Notes: generated by a model from the sequence alone, not told the origin. A stretch of 23,022 nucleotides of DNA from a virus (IMGVR_UViG_2698536506_000009); one strand, 5' to 3'. Shown: positions 1 to 8,455, counted from the stretch's first letter. Numbers and translations: made by a program.

Positions 1-19
1 CTATTTGATAAATATTAAA

Positions 20-1315
20 TTAATTTTTCATTGCTTCGTTATGGGGCATGGTTGGGGCAAACTCGCTTAACTGTGTATTTAACAAAGCTACCTGTGCATT
101 ATTGTTTTCAGACATCCATTTTCCGTATACCTGAAATACCATTTGCGCATCTGCATGGCCCATCTGGTTTGCTATAAATGCCGGGTTAGCACCAGCTGTC
201 AGCGACCAGCAGGCATAAGTATGTCTCGACTGATATGATTTTCGATGGCGGAGTCCGGCACGTTTTATCGCTGCGTCCCACATCTGCCTTATTGAGTCAA
301 CGGTAAAATGGTCACCATAATTTTTTACTCTCGCTGACACTTCAGGTTGAAAAACAAAGGTGCATTTTTGTTTTTCTGTTCTGCCATACTCTCTGAGGTG
401 AACATCAATGATATGCTCTTTGCTCAGTCTCGTTAATGTCATCTGACTCCGGAGAGCGTCGATTGCTGGCTTAATAAGATGAATGACCCGATTGGTTCCC
501 GCCTGTGTTTTTGGTACCGTGAAACGGTCTTTTGCTAAATTTCTCCTGATCATCATTGTTCCATTTTTCAGATCTATGTCCTCCCATCCAAGTGCACACA
601 GCTCACCAGGGCGAACTCCAGTATAAACAGAAACACACCATAAATTTTTTGCTTGCTGATTTCTGCACGCATCGATAAGACGGATAAATTCTTCCCGCGA
701 AAGAGGATCCGGAATGGTTCTTGATTCCTTTAATGGCGAGATCCCCTTAAACGGATTATCTGCCAGGTAACCGTTATCAACACCAAACTGGAACACGGCG
801 TTAAGATTTGTCATGTAATTATTTACAGTTACAGCCGATCTCCCTGGTTGTGTAACAATATAGTTACTTTTGGGGATCTGGTATCCAGTCAGTAACTCTT
901 TACGAACCTCCAGTAATTTTTCTTTATTAATCGATGAGGCAAGATTTTTTTCACCGATTATGCTCAGGATATTTTTGATGACGGCACGGTATGTGTTGAG
1001 TGATGTTTTGGCGACTTCAGTTTCTTTCAGTGCCAGAAATTTTTCAGCCAGTTCTTTTATGGTTAAATCTTGTCGGGCCTCACCAAATTTTTCCAGATTG
1101 CGTGAGGAGGGAAACTGTTTTGCATAGTCGAAAACACCAGTTTTTATTGCGTAACAAACAGAGGAGCGTAGTTCACCTGCAACGCGCCTGTTTTTTGCTG
1201 TGTCAGGAACCCCCAGATTTTCCCTGACTCTTACGTCTTTATAAACAAACCAGATACGTAATTTCCCTCCATGGTTTTCCACGCCTGTCGGATATTTCAT
1301 TTCAACTTCTCTCAT
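20..1315 (-). CDS. int: Tyrosine integrase, lambda family (Rac IntR-like)
   Basis: 431-aa ORF whose C-terminal region carries ...RKSYQSRHTYACWSLTAGANP...QMGHA..., which I recognise as the catalytic region of lambda-family integrases. Start may be the second Met (1300). It sits at the prophage end beside an excisionase-like gene. Confidence 0.85.
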   Translation of the reverse strand: MREVEMKYPTGVENHGGKLRIWFVYKDVRVRENLGVPDTAKNRRVAGELRSSVCYAIKTGVFDYAKQFPSSRNLEKFGEARQDLTIKELAEKFLALKETEVAKTSLNTYRAVIKNILSIIGEKNLASSINKEKLLEVRKELLTGYQIPKSNYIVTQPGRSAVTVNNYMTNLNAVFQFGVDNGYLADNPFKGISPLKESRTIPDPLSREEFIRLIDACRNQQAKNLWCVSVYTGVRPGELCALGWEDIDLKNGTMMIRRNLAKDRFTVPKTQAGTNRVIHLIKPAIDALRSQMTLTRLSKEHIIDVHLREYGRTEKQKCTFVFQPEVSARVKNYGDHFTVDSIRQMWDAAIKRAGLRHRKSYQSRHTYACWSLTAGANPAFIANQMGHADAQMVFQVYGKWMSENNNAQVALLNTQLSEFAPTMPHNEAMKN

Positions 1316-1334
1316 TAGTTAGTGTGGCTTTTAG

Positions 1335-1586
1335 TCAAGTAAGATGACGTCTTGGTCTCGCTGATGCCTGGCGCTCAATCCAGCGATCAATTTCTTCCAG
1401 GTTGTAAAAGCATGGACTGTTATCCCATGGCATACCGTCATGAGCGACATGCTTATATTCCCTTTCTTCCATAAACGATTTTTCCCGGGCCTTTTTTAAC
1501 GTACCTTTTTTTATTCCTTTCAGCGCAATTAACTGCTCTTCGGATACCCATTTGCCGGGAGAGACAATCATGATTACTTCGCTCAT
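1335..1586 (-). CDS. xis: Excisionase-like small DNA-binding protein
   Basis: 83-aa basic ORF immediately upstream of and co-oriented with int, the usual xis position. The family call is from memory, not a search. Confidence 0.55.
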   Translation of the reverse strand: MSEVIMIVSPGKWVSEEQLIALKGIKKGTLKKAREKSFMEEREYKHVAHDGMPWDNSPCFYNLEEIDRWIERQASARPRRHLT

Positions 1587-1658
1587 CGATTTCTTTATCT
1601 CTTACATCAGACGAGCGCCGGTTGCAGAATACCAGTCACAACCGGCGACAGTTGAACA

Positions 1659-3680
1659 TTAAGAATCAGCCTGACTCGGGATCAGTTTTTGCCAGATAAC
1701 TGAAACGTATTTTGCCTGGTAACGGGCGTCATCAAGTGCATTATGGCGCTCACCTTCGAATGGAATAGCCGTTCTGGCATCGAAGTCTATGGCTTTCCCC
1801 AGCTCAACGATTGTGCGTACATCGCGATCGTTGTAGTAACGCCACGGGCAGGGGATCCCCTGCCGTTCGTATGAACGGCGCAAAATCGTGTTGTCGAAGT
1901 TGGCTCCATTTCCCCAAACCTGAACAAAAAATTCACCGGAGTTTTCGTCGATAAATTCTCGCAATTGTAACAGTGCATCATCTAACGGGATTTCATCGGT
2001 CATAATGGCAGATTGCGCTTCGCGTGATTGCTTAAGCCACCATTTAATGGTGTCCCGATCAATGACTCCGCCAGCAGTTTCCAGATCGATAGTCTTACTA
2101 AATTCCGGTCCCATATCTCCGGTTTGCGGATCGAAAAATATTGCACCTATTGAGATGATCGGGGCATCAGGATTTTTTCCCATGGTTTCAAGGTCGATCA
2201 TTAGATGGTCACACGTCCTGCTGGTGGATGTGATTTCGTGATGACCGTTCACCTTAATTGGGTGATCTGCCGTCTCGCCAGTTTCATTATCGCTATTGTG
2301 ATGCTGATTGCCGCCAGTGTTCTCCTTGTGTGGATGTTCAGCGCCTTCCATTTCCTCCGGATCATCTTCCTGAACTTCAACCTGATACTCTTCATCGAAT
2401 GTTTCTTGGTATGTTGCGTCGCCCATCACCGCGCCACAATCAGGGCAGTTGCCGCCGCCGGTCTGACCGCAGGCGGTGCAGACTTTTTCCACTTCCTGTT
2501 GCGCTACTGGTTCAGGCTGTTTCGTTTCTGGCTCGTTTTGTAACGCATTTGGACTGTTTTGTTCCGCTTTTTGGTAGTTCCGTTCCGATTCATGCTGGTT
2601 CTGGTTCACAGAATCGCGGGTCTGGAGCCCCTTAACCCATTTCGGATCATTCGGGTCACTAATCCCTTCAACAAATTCACCACGTGATGCAGCAAGCAAC
2701 TTATCGGCGTCAGGCTGGCTGATATTGGCTGCCTGCATAATTTTGTTTACTTCGTCAGCGGTAACTTTTATCGGCTCTGGTTGTTCTGAATCTTCAGCGG
2801 TATCTACATTTTGCGGTAAGCCCGTGTATGTGCCATTTTTTCGGGCAAAATATTCTTCTTTTGTGATTTCAGTGGCGCCAGCAGCCAGTGCCTTATCCAG
2901 ACCAGAGAGTTTGTTTGCGCGACCGTATTTTTCTCCGTCCTTATCTGCGAAGAGGAAATAGAACGGCCCCTCACGCTCTACAGATGGTTCAGCTTCCGGC
3001 GCGGTTTCATTTTTTGGGATATCAGATACCTCAGTTTCCACTGCATCAGTTTGTGTTTCTGATGACTGGAGAACATCAACAGTGCCCAGGTCTGTTTCTT
3101 CATTCTCAAACACGCCCTTTGTCGTCAGGTATTCGCAGATATATTTGTTCAGTGCTACGGGATCTTTGTGAATGTCGATCGGACGCTCACGGACAAGGCC
3201 AAAAATAGTTTGGCGGTCGTAGCGAAGGGCATCAGGCTGTTTGCGCATTGATGCCGAGATACGCTTCCAGTCTTCGCGGTCGTTGTCGATAACTTCTTTT
3301 TTTGCCCAGCGATGGATGCTGCCGTCAATGTTTCCGGCATCCACATCACTAGGCCAGAGAGCGTAGGCCAGTTCGTCATCCAGTGTTTTCCATGTCTGCT
3401 TGTATTCGCGATGAATGGCAGCAATGACCGGGCTGATTTTTCCTGTTGAATTTTCAGTGTACTGTTGATTGGCTCTGGCGCGGGCGAGATCAACAACAGA
3501 CGTGTATTTTCCGGTTTCCTTGCGTTCACCTTCGCGACGTTTTTTCCAGATGCGCATCTCTGCCTGAATTTCGGGCCATTTAGCACCAGGAATACATTTA
3601 TGCTTAACCCACCCAATGGCGTGCAACTTAAGCTCCGGATATTCGAAGTGGACGATGACGCAACACCTGAGGAAATTCAT
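1659..3680 (-). CDS. Multidomain putative 3'-5' exonuclease (DnaQ-like DEDDh C-terminal domain)
   Basis: 673-aa ORF. C-terminus has MIDLETMG, VWGNGANFDNTIL and HNALDDARYQA, consistent with DEDDh exonuclease motifs. The middle is an acidic low-complexity linker with a CxxC-x8-CxxC pair (CTACGQTGGGNCPDCG). The annotated start codon overlaps a plus-strand ATG (CATG at 3678-3681), so the true start may lie downstream, e.g. the Met at 3557. Confidence 0.7.
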   Translation of the reverse strand: MNFLRCCVIVHFEYPELKLHAIGWVKHKCIPGAKWPEIQAEMRIWKKRREGERKETGKYTSVVDLARARANQQYTENSTGKISPVIAAIHREYKQTWKTLDDELAYALWPSDVDAGNIDGSIHRWAKKEVIDNDREDWKRISASMRKQPDALRYDRQTIFGLVRERPIDIHKDPVALNKYICEYLTTKGVFENEETDLGTVDVLQSSETQTDAVETEVSDIPKNETAPEAEPSVEREGPFYFLFADKDGEKYGRANKLSGLDKALAAGATEITKEEYFARKNGTYTGLPQNVDTAEDSEQPEPIKVTADEVNKIMQAANISQPDADKLLAASRGEFVEGISDPNDPKWVKGLQTRDSVNQNQHESERNYQKAEQNSPNALQNEPETKQPEPVAQQEVEKVCTACGQTGGGNCPDCGAVMGDATYQETFDEEYQVEVQEDDPEEMEGAEHPHKENTGGNQHHNSDNETGETADHPIKVNGHHEITSTSRTCDHLMIDLETMGKNPDAPIISIGAIFFDPQTGDMGPEFSKTIDLETAGGVIDRDTIKWWLKQSREAQSAIMTDEIPLDDALLQLREFIDENSGEFFVQVWGNGANFDNTILRRSYERQGIPCPWRYYNDRDVRTIVELGKAIDFDARTAIPFEGERHNALDDARYQAKYVSVIWQKLIPSQADS

Positions 3681-3741
3681 GACGGAGCATAAGAAATTTT
3701 CTTTAACTACTGCAATTACTCATACCACGAAATAAAAGACG

Positions 3742-3933
3742 ATGAGGAAGAACAAAGTGGCTGATTTTTGTTCAGCTAAATATAACATCAGTTTTGAAGA
3801 GCGGGATGAACTATTAATGGACTATGGTGAGTTACGCGGTGGAAGTGCTGCTGATGTCGAATCCTAGCGTGATGACTATGAAGCGGGAAAAACTCCGGTC
3901 GAAGCATATTGTGATGAGTGGGGCGATGAATGA
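3742..3933 (+). pseudogene. Short ORF interrupted by an in-frame TAG (41 codons, TAG at 3865-3867, 21 more codons)
   Basis: Purine-rich sense-like codon usage on the plus strand. The reading frame continues in phase across the TAG to a TGA that overlaps the next ORF start (ATGA). No convincing SD. Function unknown. Confidence 0.3.
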
Positions 3934-4217
3934 GCGAGATTAATTATCAGGAAGGGCATGAAACGGCGGGGCAAGCAAAACCAGTGGCATGGCGATATCG
4001 CTACGTGAAAAAAGGCGTTACGGACTTTCAGGGGAAGTAGTGGTCTGGTGACTGGAAATATGTACCGAAAAAAGAGGATTGTAACGACAGGCCGAACTAT
4101 CAAATTCAGGCCTTATTCACTGCCTCACCAGTCCCAGTTACATCAGAAGAACTGGTTAAAGCTGTGCACTTTTATGAACAACTAAAACGCGAAAATCCAC
4201 CAACATCCGGCAACTAG
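3930..4217 (+). pseudogene. Short ORF interrupted by an in-frame TAG (36 codons, TAG at 4038-4040, 58 more codons)
   Basis: Translation MSEINYQEGHETAGQAKPVAWRYRYVKKGVTDFQGK, stop, WSGDWKYVPKKEDCNDRPNYQIQALFTASPVPVTSEELVKAVHFYEQLKRENPPTSGN. Protein-like composition on both sides of the TAG; the antisense frame is compositionally implausible. Confidence 0.35.
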
Positions 4218-4471
4218 ATTAATGGATTAACTATGTCGGTTAAACGACCAGCCAACTGAAAAAGCGGAAACCTGATTACAGGTTGCCAGATAAGGCAATG
4301 AGCTACCTGGCGCGGAACGGACTGATAAGTATGGGGAATGTTTTACGATGAACCTTTAGACTAAAGAGTTTGTAACGCTATGTAAGTGATTTTTTCTGGT
4401 TTAGATATTTATATGTCCGGCCAAATTGAGGTGTGTTTAAATGTAATTGCACATTGATTGTAGGAGGAATA

Positions 4472-4651
4472 ATGAAAAACGCATTGCAGTTTTTGTTTGT
4501 TGCGTTCTGGTTGTTCGCATCATGTATGCCCATCATCTTCACAGCAAGGTATATGGAAAAAGTTGATGTTTTGATATTAATATTTGGATATATAAATGCC
4601 CTTTTTTTAGGGGTGTTCATGGCGGTCATGTGCATTGAATACTGGCGGTAA
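4472..4651 (+). CDS. Small hydrophobic protein, two predicted transmembrane helices (59 aa)
   Basis: AGGAGG at 4462-4467, 4 nt before the ATG. Sequence MKNALQFLFVAFWLFASCMPIIFTARYMEKVDVLILIFGYINALFLGVFMAVMCIEYWR has two hydrophobic segments separated by a short polar loop. Confidence 0.5.
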   Translation: MKNALQFLFVAFWLFASCMPIIFTARYMEKVDVLILIFGYINALFLGVFMAVMCIEYWR

Positions 4652-4899
4652 ATACAGCGAACTCCATTGGTTTAGTTGGATATTTACTGTGCTGGACAAA
4701 AACGGTTTGCGGGGAAATCTTAGTTAAGTAGAATGACTGCGGGTGCTTGAGGCTATCTGCCTCGGGCATGGACACCAACGGCAGATAGAGAAAAGCCCCA
4801 GTTAACATTACGCGTCCTGCAAGACGCTTAACATTAATCTGAGGCCAATTTCATGCTAGACACATGTAGGTTAGCCTCTTACGTGCCGAAAGGCACGGA

Positions 4900-6450
4900 G
4901 AAGCAGGCTATTGTTAACACCAAGCTGTAATGTCCCCTTTGAACCATTCTAAAATGTCCCCAGACAATTCTCTGGGGGATTTTTCATGATCAAAGAGACT
5001 GTTACGATGAGTCATAAGGAACTCCACCGACTTCAGATTATTCAGGAACAAGCTGCGGCACGCATTGGCATTTCTATTCGGCAGGTTAAACGTCTGGTGC
5101 AACGGTATAGAAATGAAGGGCCTTCTGGTCTGGTTTCCCACCGACGTGGAAAGCGTCCTAATAATTCCTTTTCTACTGAATTCAGAGCAACAGTAATTTC
5201 ACTCCTCAAAGGCCGTTACGCTGATTTTGGACCTACGTTTGCGTGCGAAAAATTGCGCGAGATACACGGTTTATCTTTATCCGTTGAAACTCTCAGAAAG
5301 TGGATGATAGAAGAGGGGTTATGGCGTGAACGCCGTCGTAAAATTGCCCGTATATATCAACGCCGCATGCGACGACCATCTTACGGTGAACTGATCCAGA
5401 TTGATGGCTCACCTCATGACTGGTTTGAAAATCGAGGCCCCAGATGTACACTGATCGTTTTCATTGATGATGCCACCAGTGCGTTGATGGCGTTGCGTTT
5501 TGTGCCTGCTGAAACAACCCGGGCTTACATGGAAACCCTCCGGGGTTACCTTAATGATCATGGCGTACCGCTCGCTCTCTACTCTGATAGACACAGTATA
5601 TTCAGGGTAAATAACCCAGAGCGGGAAGGTGAGCTGACCCAGTTCACTCGTGCGATAAAGACACTGGGCATCGAGCCAATCCATGCCAACAGCCCGCAGG
5701 CAAAAGGGCGGGTAGAGCGCGCCAATCAGACACTACAGGACAGGCTGGTCAAAGAAATGCGGCTTCAGAATATCAGTGATATTGAAACAGCAAATGCATG
5801 GTTGCCGACCTTTATTGAAGCCTATAACAACCGGTTCGCTACGTCGCCTCGTACTACTGATAATGCTCATCTTGATGTGCACCATTCTGAAGAGGAACTG
5901 GGTTATATCTTCAGCCTACAGGCGAAGCGCGTTCTGTCTAAAAATCTCACTTTCCAGTACAAAAGCAGTGCGTTTCAGGTACGCAGTGAGGGCCGGGGAT
6001 ATCGACTTAGGCATTCGGTTGTTACTGTATGCGAGAACTTTGACGGTGAAATTAACGTTCTGTATGACGGGAAAGCGCTGGGCTGGGAAAAGTATGTTGA
6101 TGGCCCGGAGCCTATACCACTGGATGATGAAAAGAGTGTCCATGAACGAGTGGATAATGCCCGTATTGATTTACGCTCAAAATACTATGTTAAACCTAAA
6201 GCTGACCATCCCTGGCTTACGCGCCGAACGCAAAGTCATCAGCAAGTTAAGCCCCCGAAGTTACCTAAAAAGAAGCCTGATCCCGATAAAAAAGATTGAA
6301 ACCAAGATCGATTCGGTTGAGTGCATATCCATTCATAGGGTAGATTCTTAAGTCGCGTTTCTGGTGTTCATTTTCGGGTGGTTTGTTACTTGTTTTACCG
6401 GGGATATGCCAGAAACGCGCTGAGTCAGTCTGGGCGGTGCGCGTAATGAG
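4900..6450 (+). mobile_element. Insertion sequence carrying the rve transposase (boundaries approximate)
   Basis: Single transposase ORF flanked by non-coding sequence. I could not identify terminal inverted repeats or a target duplication by eye; only an 8-bp AGGCTATT / AATAGCCT pair (about 4903 and 6462), which could be chance. Confidence 0.3.
4986..6299 (+). CDS. DDE transposase with retroviral-integrase-like (rve) core and N-terminal HTH
   Basis: 437-aa ORF with an N-terminal HTH-like region (RIGISIRQVKRLVQRY), candidate catalytic D in IQIDGS, D in LYSDRHSIF, and the rve hallmark NSPQAKGRVERANQTLQ. Family (IS481-like or ISNCY-like) not resolved. Confidence 0.85.
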   Translation: MIKETVTMSHKELHRLQIIQEQAAARIGISIRQVKRLVQRYRNEGPSGLVSHRRGKRPNNSFSTEFRATVISLLKGRYADFGPTFACEKLREIHGLSLSVETLRKWMIEEGLWRERRRKIARIYQRRMRRPSYGELIQIDGSPHDWFENRGPRCTLIVFIDDATSALMALRFVPAETTRAYMETLRGYLNDHGVPLALYSDRHSIFRVNNPEREGELTQFTRAIKTLGIEPIHANSPQAKGRVERANQTLQDRLVKEMRLQNISDIETANAWLPTFIEAYNNRFATSPRTTDNAHLDVHHSEEELGYIFSLQAKRVLSKNLTFQYKSSAFQVRSEGRGYRLRHSVVTVCENFDGEINVLYDGKALGWEKYVDGPEPIPLDDEKSVHERVDNARIDLRSKYYVKPKADHPWLTRRTQSHQQVKPPKLPKKKPDPDKKD

Positions 6451-6735
6451 GCGTTATGGTAAATAGCCTATGCTAATGTCCGCTAAGAGCAAGAAGCGGA
6501 AGTTGGCAGTTTTGTGGACTGTCCCCACAAAAGTGACTACAGAAATAGTTGCAATTCATAATTGATCATGGGTTGTCAGTTAAACTCGTGGCGATTTAAA
6601 TAGACTAATTGGGAGTGCGTCCATTACTTATATCTTGTAATGTTAACTATCAGAAATGATACAAAGATAATATGTCTTTAAAGAAAAGGCTGATGGCGAA
6701 AAGTGGCCCGATGAGGGCCACAATACGGCTGTCAC

Positions 6736-7068
6736 TTAGACGTAAATATCAATGGTGCCAGCGGTATTTGTATCGTCTTTTTTCTCTTCTTTTTTATCAG
6801 GCTGAACTGTCGCGTCTTCATTCTTTTTCTCTGCCTGCTGCCTTAACAACTGCTCCAGTTGAGCCCAGAGGCTTTCAATTTGCTTCTGTACCAATGCAGC
6901 CATTTCTTTTTTCTGCTGTGTCGTCATCCCCTCTTCCGATGAGATTTTCCCAAGCTTTTCAGTCAGCACCTGAATTTGTCTTGTGATTTTGGCTATTTCT
7001 GATGTTCCTTCCGGGGCGGAGTTGTTTGAAATAACGGTTGAGGTATTTCCCTGAATTGTGACAGACAT
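6736..7068 (-). CDS. flxA: FlxA-like protein
   Basis: 110-aa ORF MSVTIQGNTSTVISNN...TAGTIDIYV matching my recollection of FlxA in length and sequence, preceded by a near-consensus sigma-28 promoter. Confidence 0.8.
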   Translation of the reverse strand: MSVTIQGNTSTVISNNSAPEGTSEIAKITRQIQVLTEKLGKISSEEGMTTQQKKEMAALVQKQIESLWAQLEQLLRQQAEKKNEDATVQPDKKEEKKDDTNTAGTIDIYV

Positions 7069-7091
7069 AGATTTCTCCTTTTAAAAAAGCA

Positions 7092-7118
7092 CTATCGGCA
7101 TGCACAAAAAAATCTTTA
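7092..7118 (-). promoter_or_regulatory. Sigma-28 (FliA) type promoter for flxA
   Basis: Minus strand reads TAAAGATT, 11 nt, GCCGATAG against consensus TAAAGTTT-N11-GCCGATAA. The -10 complement is at 7092-7099 and the -35 at 7111-7118. GGAG sits 6 nt before the flxA ATG. Confidence 0.6.
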
Positions 7119-7270
7119 ATCGTATTTCTTGTGTCATTAATTGTTTGATGTTCAGATTGTTTTCCTCGCGGGCTGGCGCGCCTCAGAAAGTAAAGCTTGT
7201 TGACAGGGGTAAACGTTCGGCAATAATTTTCTGCCGCATGCGGGTGTTGCATAAAACGTGTTACGTTCCT

Positions 7271-7576
7271 TTATCGACAGGTCAGGTCACCGCTCACCCG
7301 CCGACGAGAAAGCAACACTGACATGCTAAAGCAAAAAATAGATGAATAAGTTGAGTTGTGCATATGTAGCCTGACCGTCACAAAGTATATGGTGTCTGTA
7401 CCAGTAAGATGATGGCCGGACTCTTTAAAAACGAGCTGACCTGCACAATACAGGATGGACTTAGCAATGGCTGCTCCTGGCACAAAGCGGACAGTGATCA
7501 CCGTTCTTACGACTACTTTCTGACTTCCTTCGTGACTTGCCCTAAGCATGTTGTAGTGCGATACTTGTAATGACAT
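7271..7576 (-). CDS. ydfV: Hypothetical protein (YdfV-like)
   Basis: 101-aa ORF between flxA and relB, divergent from relB, matching the K-12 Qin position and length of ydfV as I recall them. Confidence 0.55.
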   Translation of the reverse strand: MSLQVSHYNMLRASHEGSQKVVVRTVITVRFVPGAAIAKSILYCAGQLVFKESGHHLTGTDTIYFVTVRLHMHNSTYSSIFCFSMSVLLSRRRVSGDLTCR

Positions 7577-7589
7577 TTGTAATTACAAG
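7564..7589 (+). promoter_or_regulatory. relBE operator/promoter palindrome
   Basis: CTTGTAATGACATTTGTAATTACAAG lies immediately upstream of relB, with repeated TTGTAAT hexads and inverted arms CTTGTAAT / ATTACAAG, consistent with RelB-RelE autoregulation. Confidence 0.5.
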
Positions 7590-7600
7590 AGGTGTAAGAC

Positions 7601-7840
7601 ATGGGTAGCATTAACCTGCGTATTGACGATGAACTTAAAGCGCGTTCTTACGCCGCGCTTGAAAAAATGGGTGTAACTCCTTCTGAAGCGCTTCGTCTCA
7701 TGCTCGAGTATATCGCTGACAATGAACGCTTGCCGTTCAAACAGACACTCCTGAGTGATGAAGATGCTGAACTTGTGGAGATAGTGAAAGAACGGCTTCG
7801 TAATCCTAAGCCAGTACGTGTGACGCTGGATGAACTCTGA
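7601..7840 (+). CDS. relB: RelB antitoxin
   Basis: 79-aa ORF MGSINLRIDDELKARSYA...RVTLDEL. Its stop overlaps the relE start (ATGA). Confidence 0.9.
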   Translation: MGSINLRIDDELKARSYAALEKMGVTPSEALRLMLEYIADNERLPFKQTLLSDEDAELVEIVKERLRNPKPVRVTLDEL

Positions 7841-8127
7841 TGGCGTATTTTCTGGATTTTGACGAGCGGGCACTAAAGGAATGGCGAAAGCTGGGCTCGA
7901 CGGTACGTGAACAGTTGAAAAAGAAGCTGGTTGAAGTACTTGAGTCACCCCGGATTGAAGCAAACAAGCTCCGTGGTATGCCTGATTGTTACAAGATTAA
8001 GCTCCGGTCTTCAGGCTATCGCCTTGTATACCAGGTTATAGACGAGAAAGTTGTCGTTTTCGTGATTTCTGTTGGGAAAAGAGAACGCTCGGAAGTATAT
8101 AGCGAGGCGGTCAAACGCATTCTCTGA
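7840..8127 (+). CDS. relE: RelE mRNA interferase toxin
   Basis: 95-aa ORF MAYFLDFDERALKEWRKLG...SEAVKRIL, translationally coupled to relB. Confidence 0.9.
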   Translation: MAYFLDFDERALKEWRKLGSTVREQLKKKLVEVLESPRIEANKLRGMPDCYKIKLRSSGYRLVYQVIDEKVVVFVISVGKRERSEVYSEAVKRIL

Positions 8128-8198
8128 ACCAAAGCATGACATCTCTGTTTCGCACCGAAGGTGACACTTCTGCTTTGCGTTGACAGGAGAAGCAGGCT

Positions 8199-8354
8199 AT
8201 GAAGCAGCAAAAGGCGATGTTAATCGCCCTGATCGTCATCTGTTTAACCGTCATAGTGACGGCACTGGTAACGAGGAAAGACCTCTGCGAGGTACGAATC
8301 CGAACCGGCCAGACGGAGGTCGCTGTCTTCACAGCTTACGAACCTGAGGAGTAA
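8199..8354 (+). CDS. hokD: Hok-family small membrane toxin (HokD/RelF)
   Basis: 51-codon ORF, too short for the supplied track: MKQQKAMLIALIVICLTVIVTALVTRKDLCEVRIRTGQTEVAVFTAYEPEE. One TM helix and conserved Hok C-terminus, directly downstream of relE. Confidence 0.85.
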   Translation: MKQQKAMLIALIVICLTVIVTALVTRKDLCEVRIRTGQTEVAVFTAYEPEE

Positions 8355-8422
8355 GAGACCCGGCGGGGGAGAAATCCCTCGCCACCTCTGATGTGGCAGG
8401 CATCCTCAACGCACCCGCACTT

Positions 8423-8455
8423 AACCCGCTTCGGCGGGTTTTTGTTTTTATTTTC
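8423..8455 (+). terminator. Rho-independent terminator after relBE-hokD
   Basis: AACCCGC, loop TTCG, GCGGGTT followed by TTTTTGTTTTTATTTT. Confidence 0.6.

Noticed and set aside
1787-3692. Numerous ORFs of 64-153 aa on both strands inside the exonuclease gene (e.g. 2005-2241, 2205-2543, 2258-2635, 2888-3208, 3155-3616)
   Set aside because: All lie within or antisense to the long exonuclease ORF and have Pro/Arg/Cys/Phe-rich compositions typical of out-of-frame translation.
3876-4103. Minus-strand 75-aa ORF
   Set aside because: Antisense to the purine-rich plus-strand ORFs; Phe/Pro/Leu/Arg-rich, not protein-like.
5776-6351. 191-aa plus-strand ORF in an alternative frame of the transposase
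   Set aside because: Fully overlapped by the well-supported transposase ORF; a frame artefact.
4903-6469. 8-bp inverted pair AGGCTATT / AATAGCCT as candidate IS terminal repeats
   Set aside because: Too short to be significant at this search span and not extendable; IS boundaries left unresolved.
6672-6986. 104-aa plus-strand ORF
   Set aside because: Antisense overlap with flxA, which has a matching promoter and SD.
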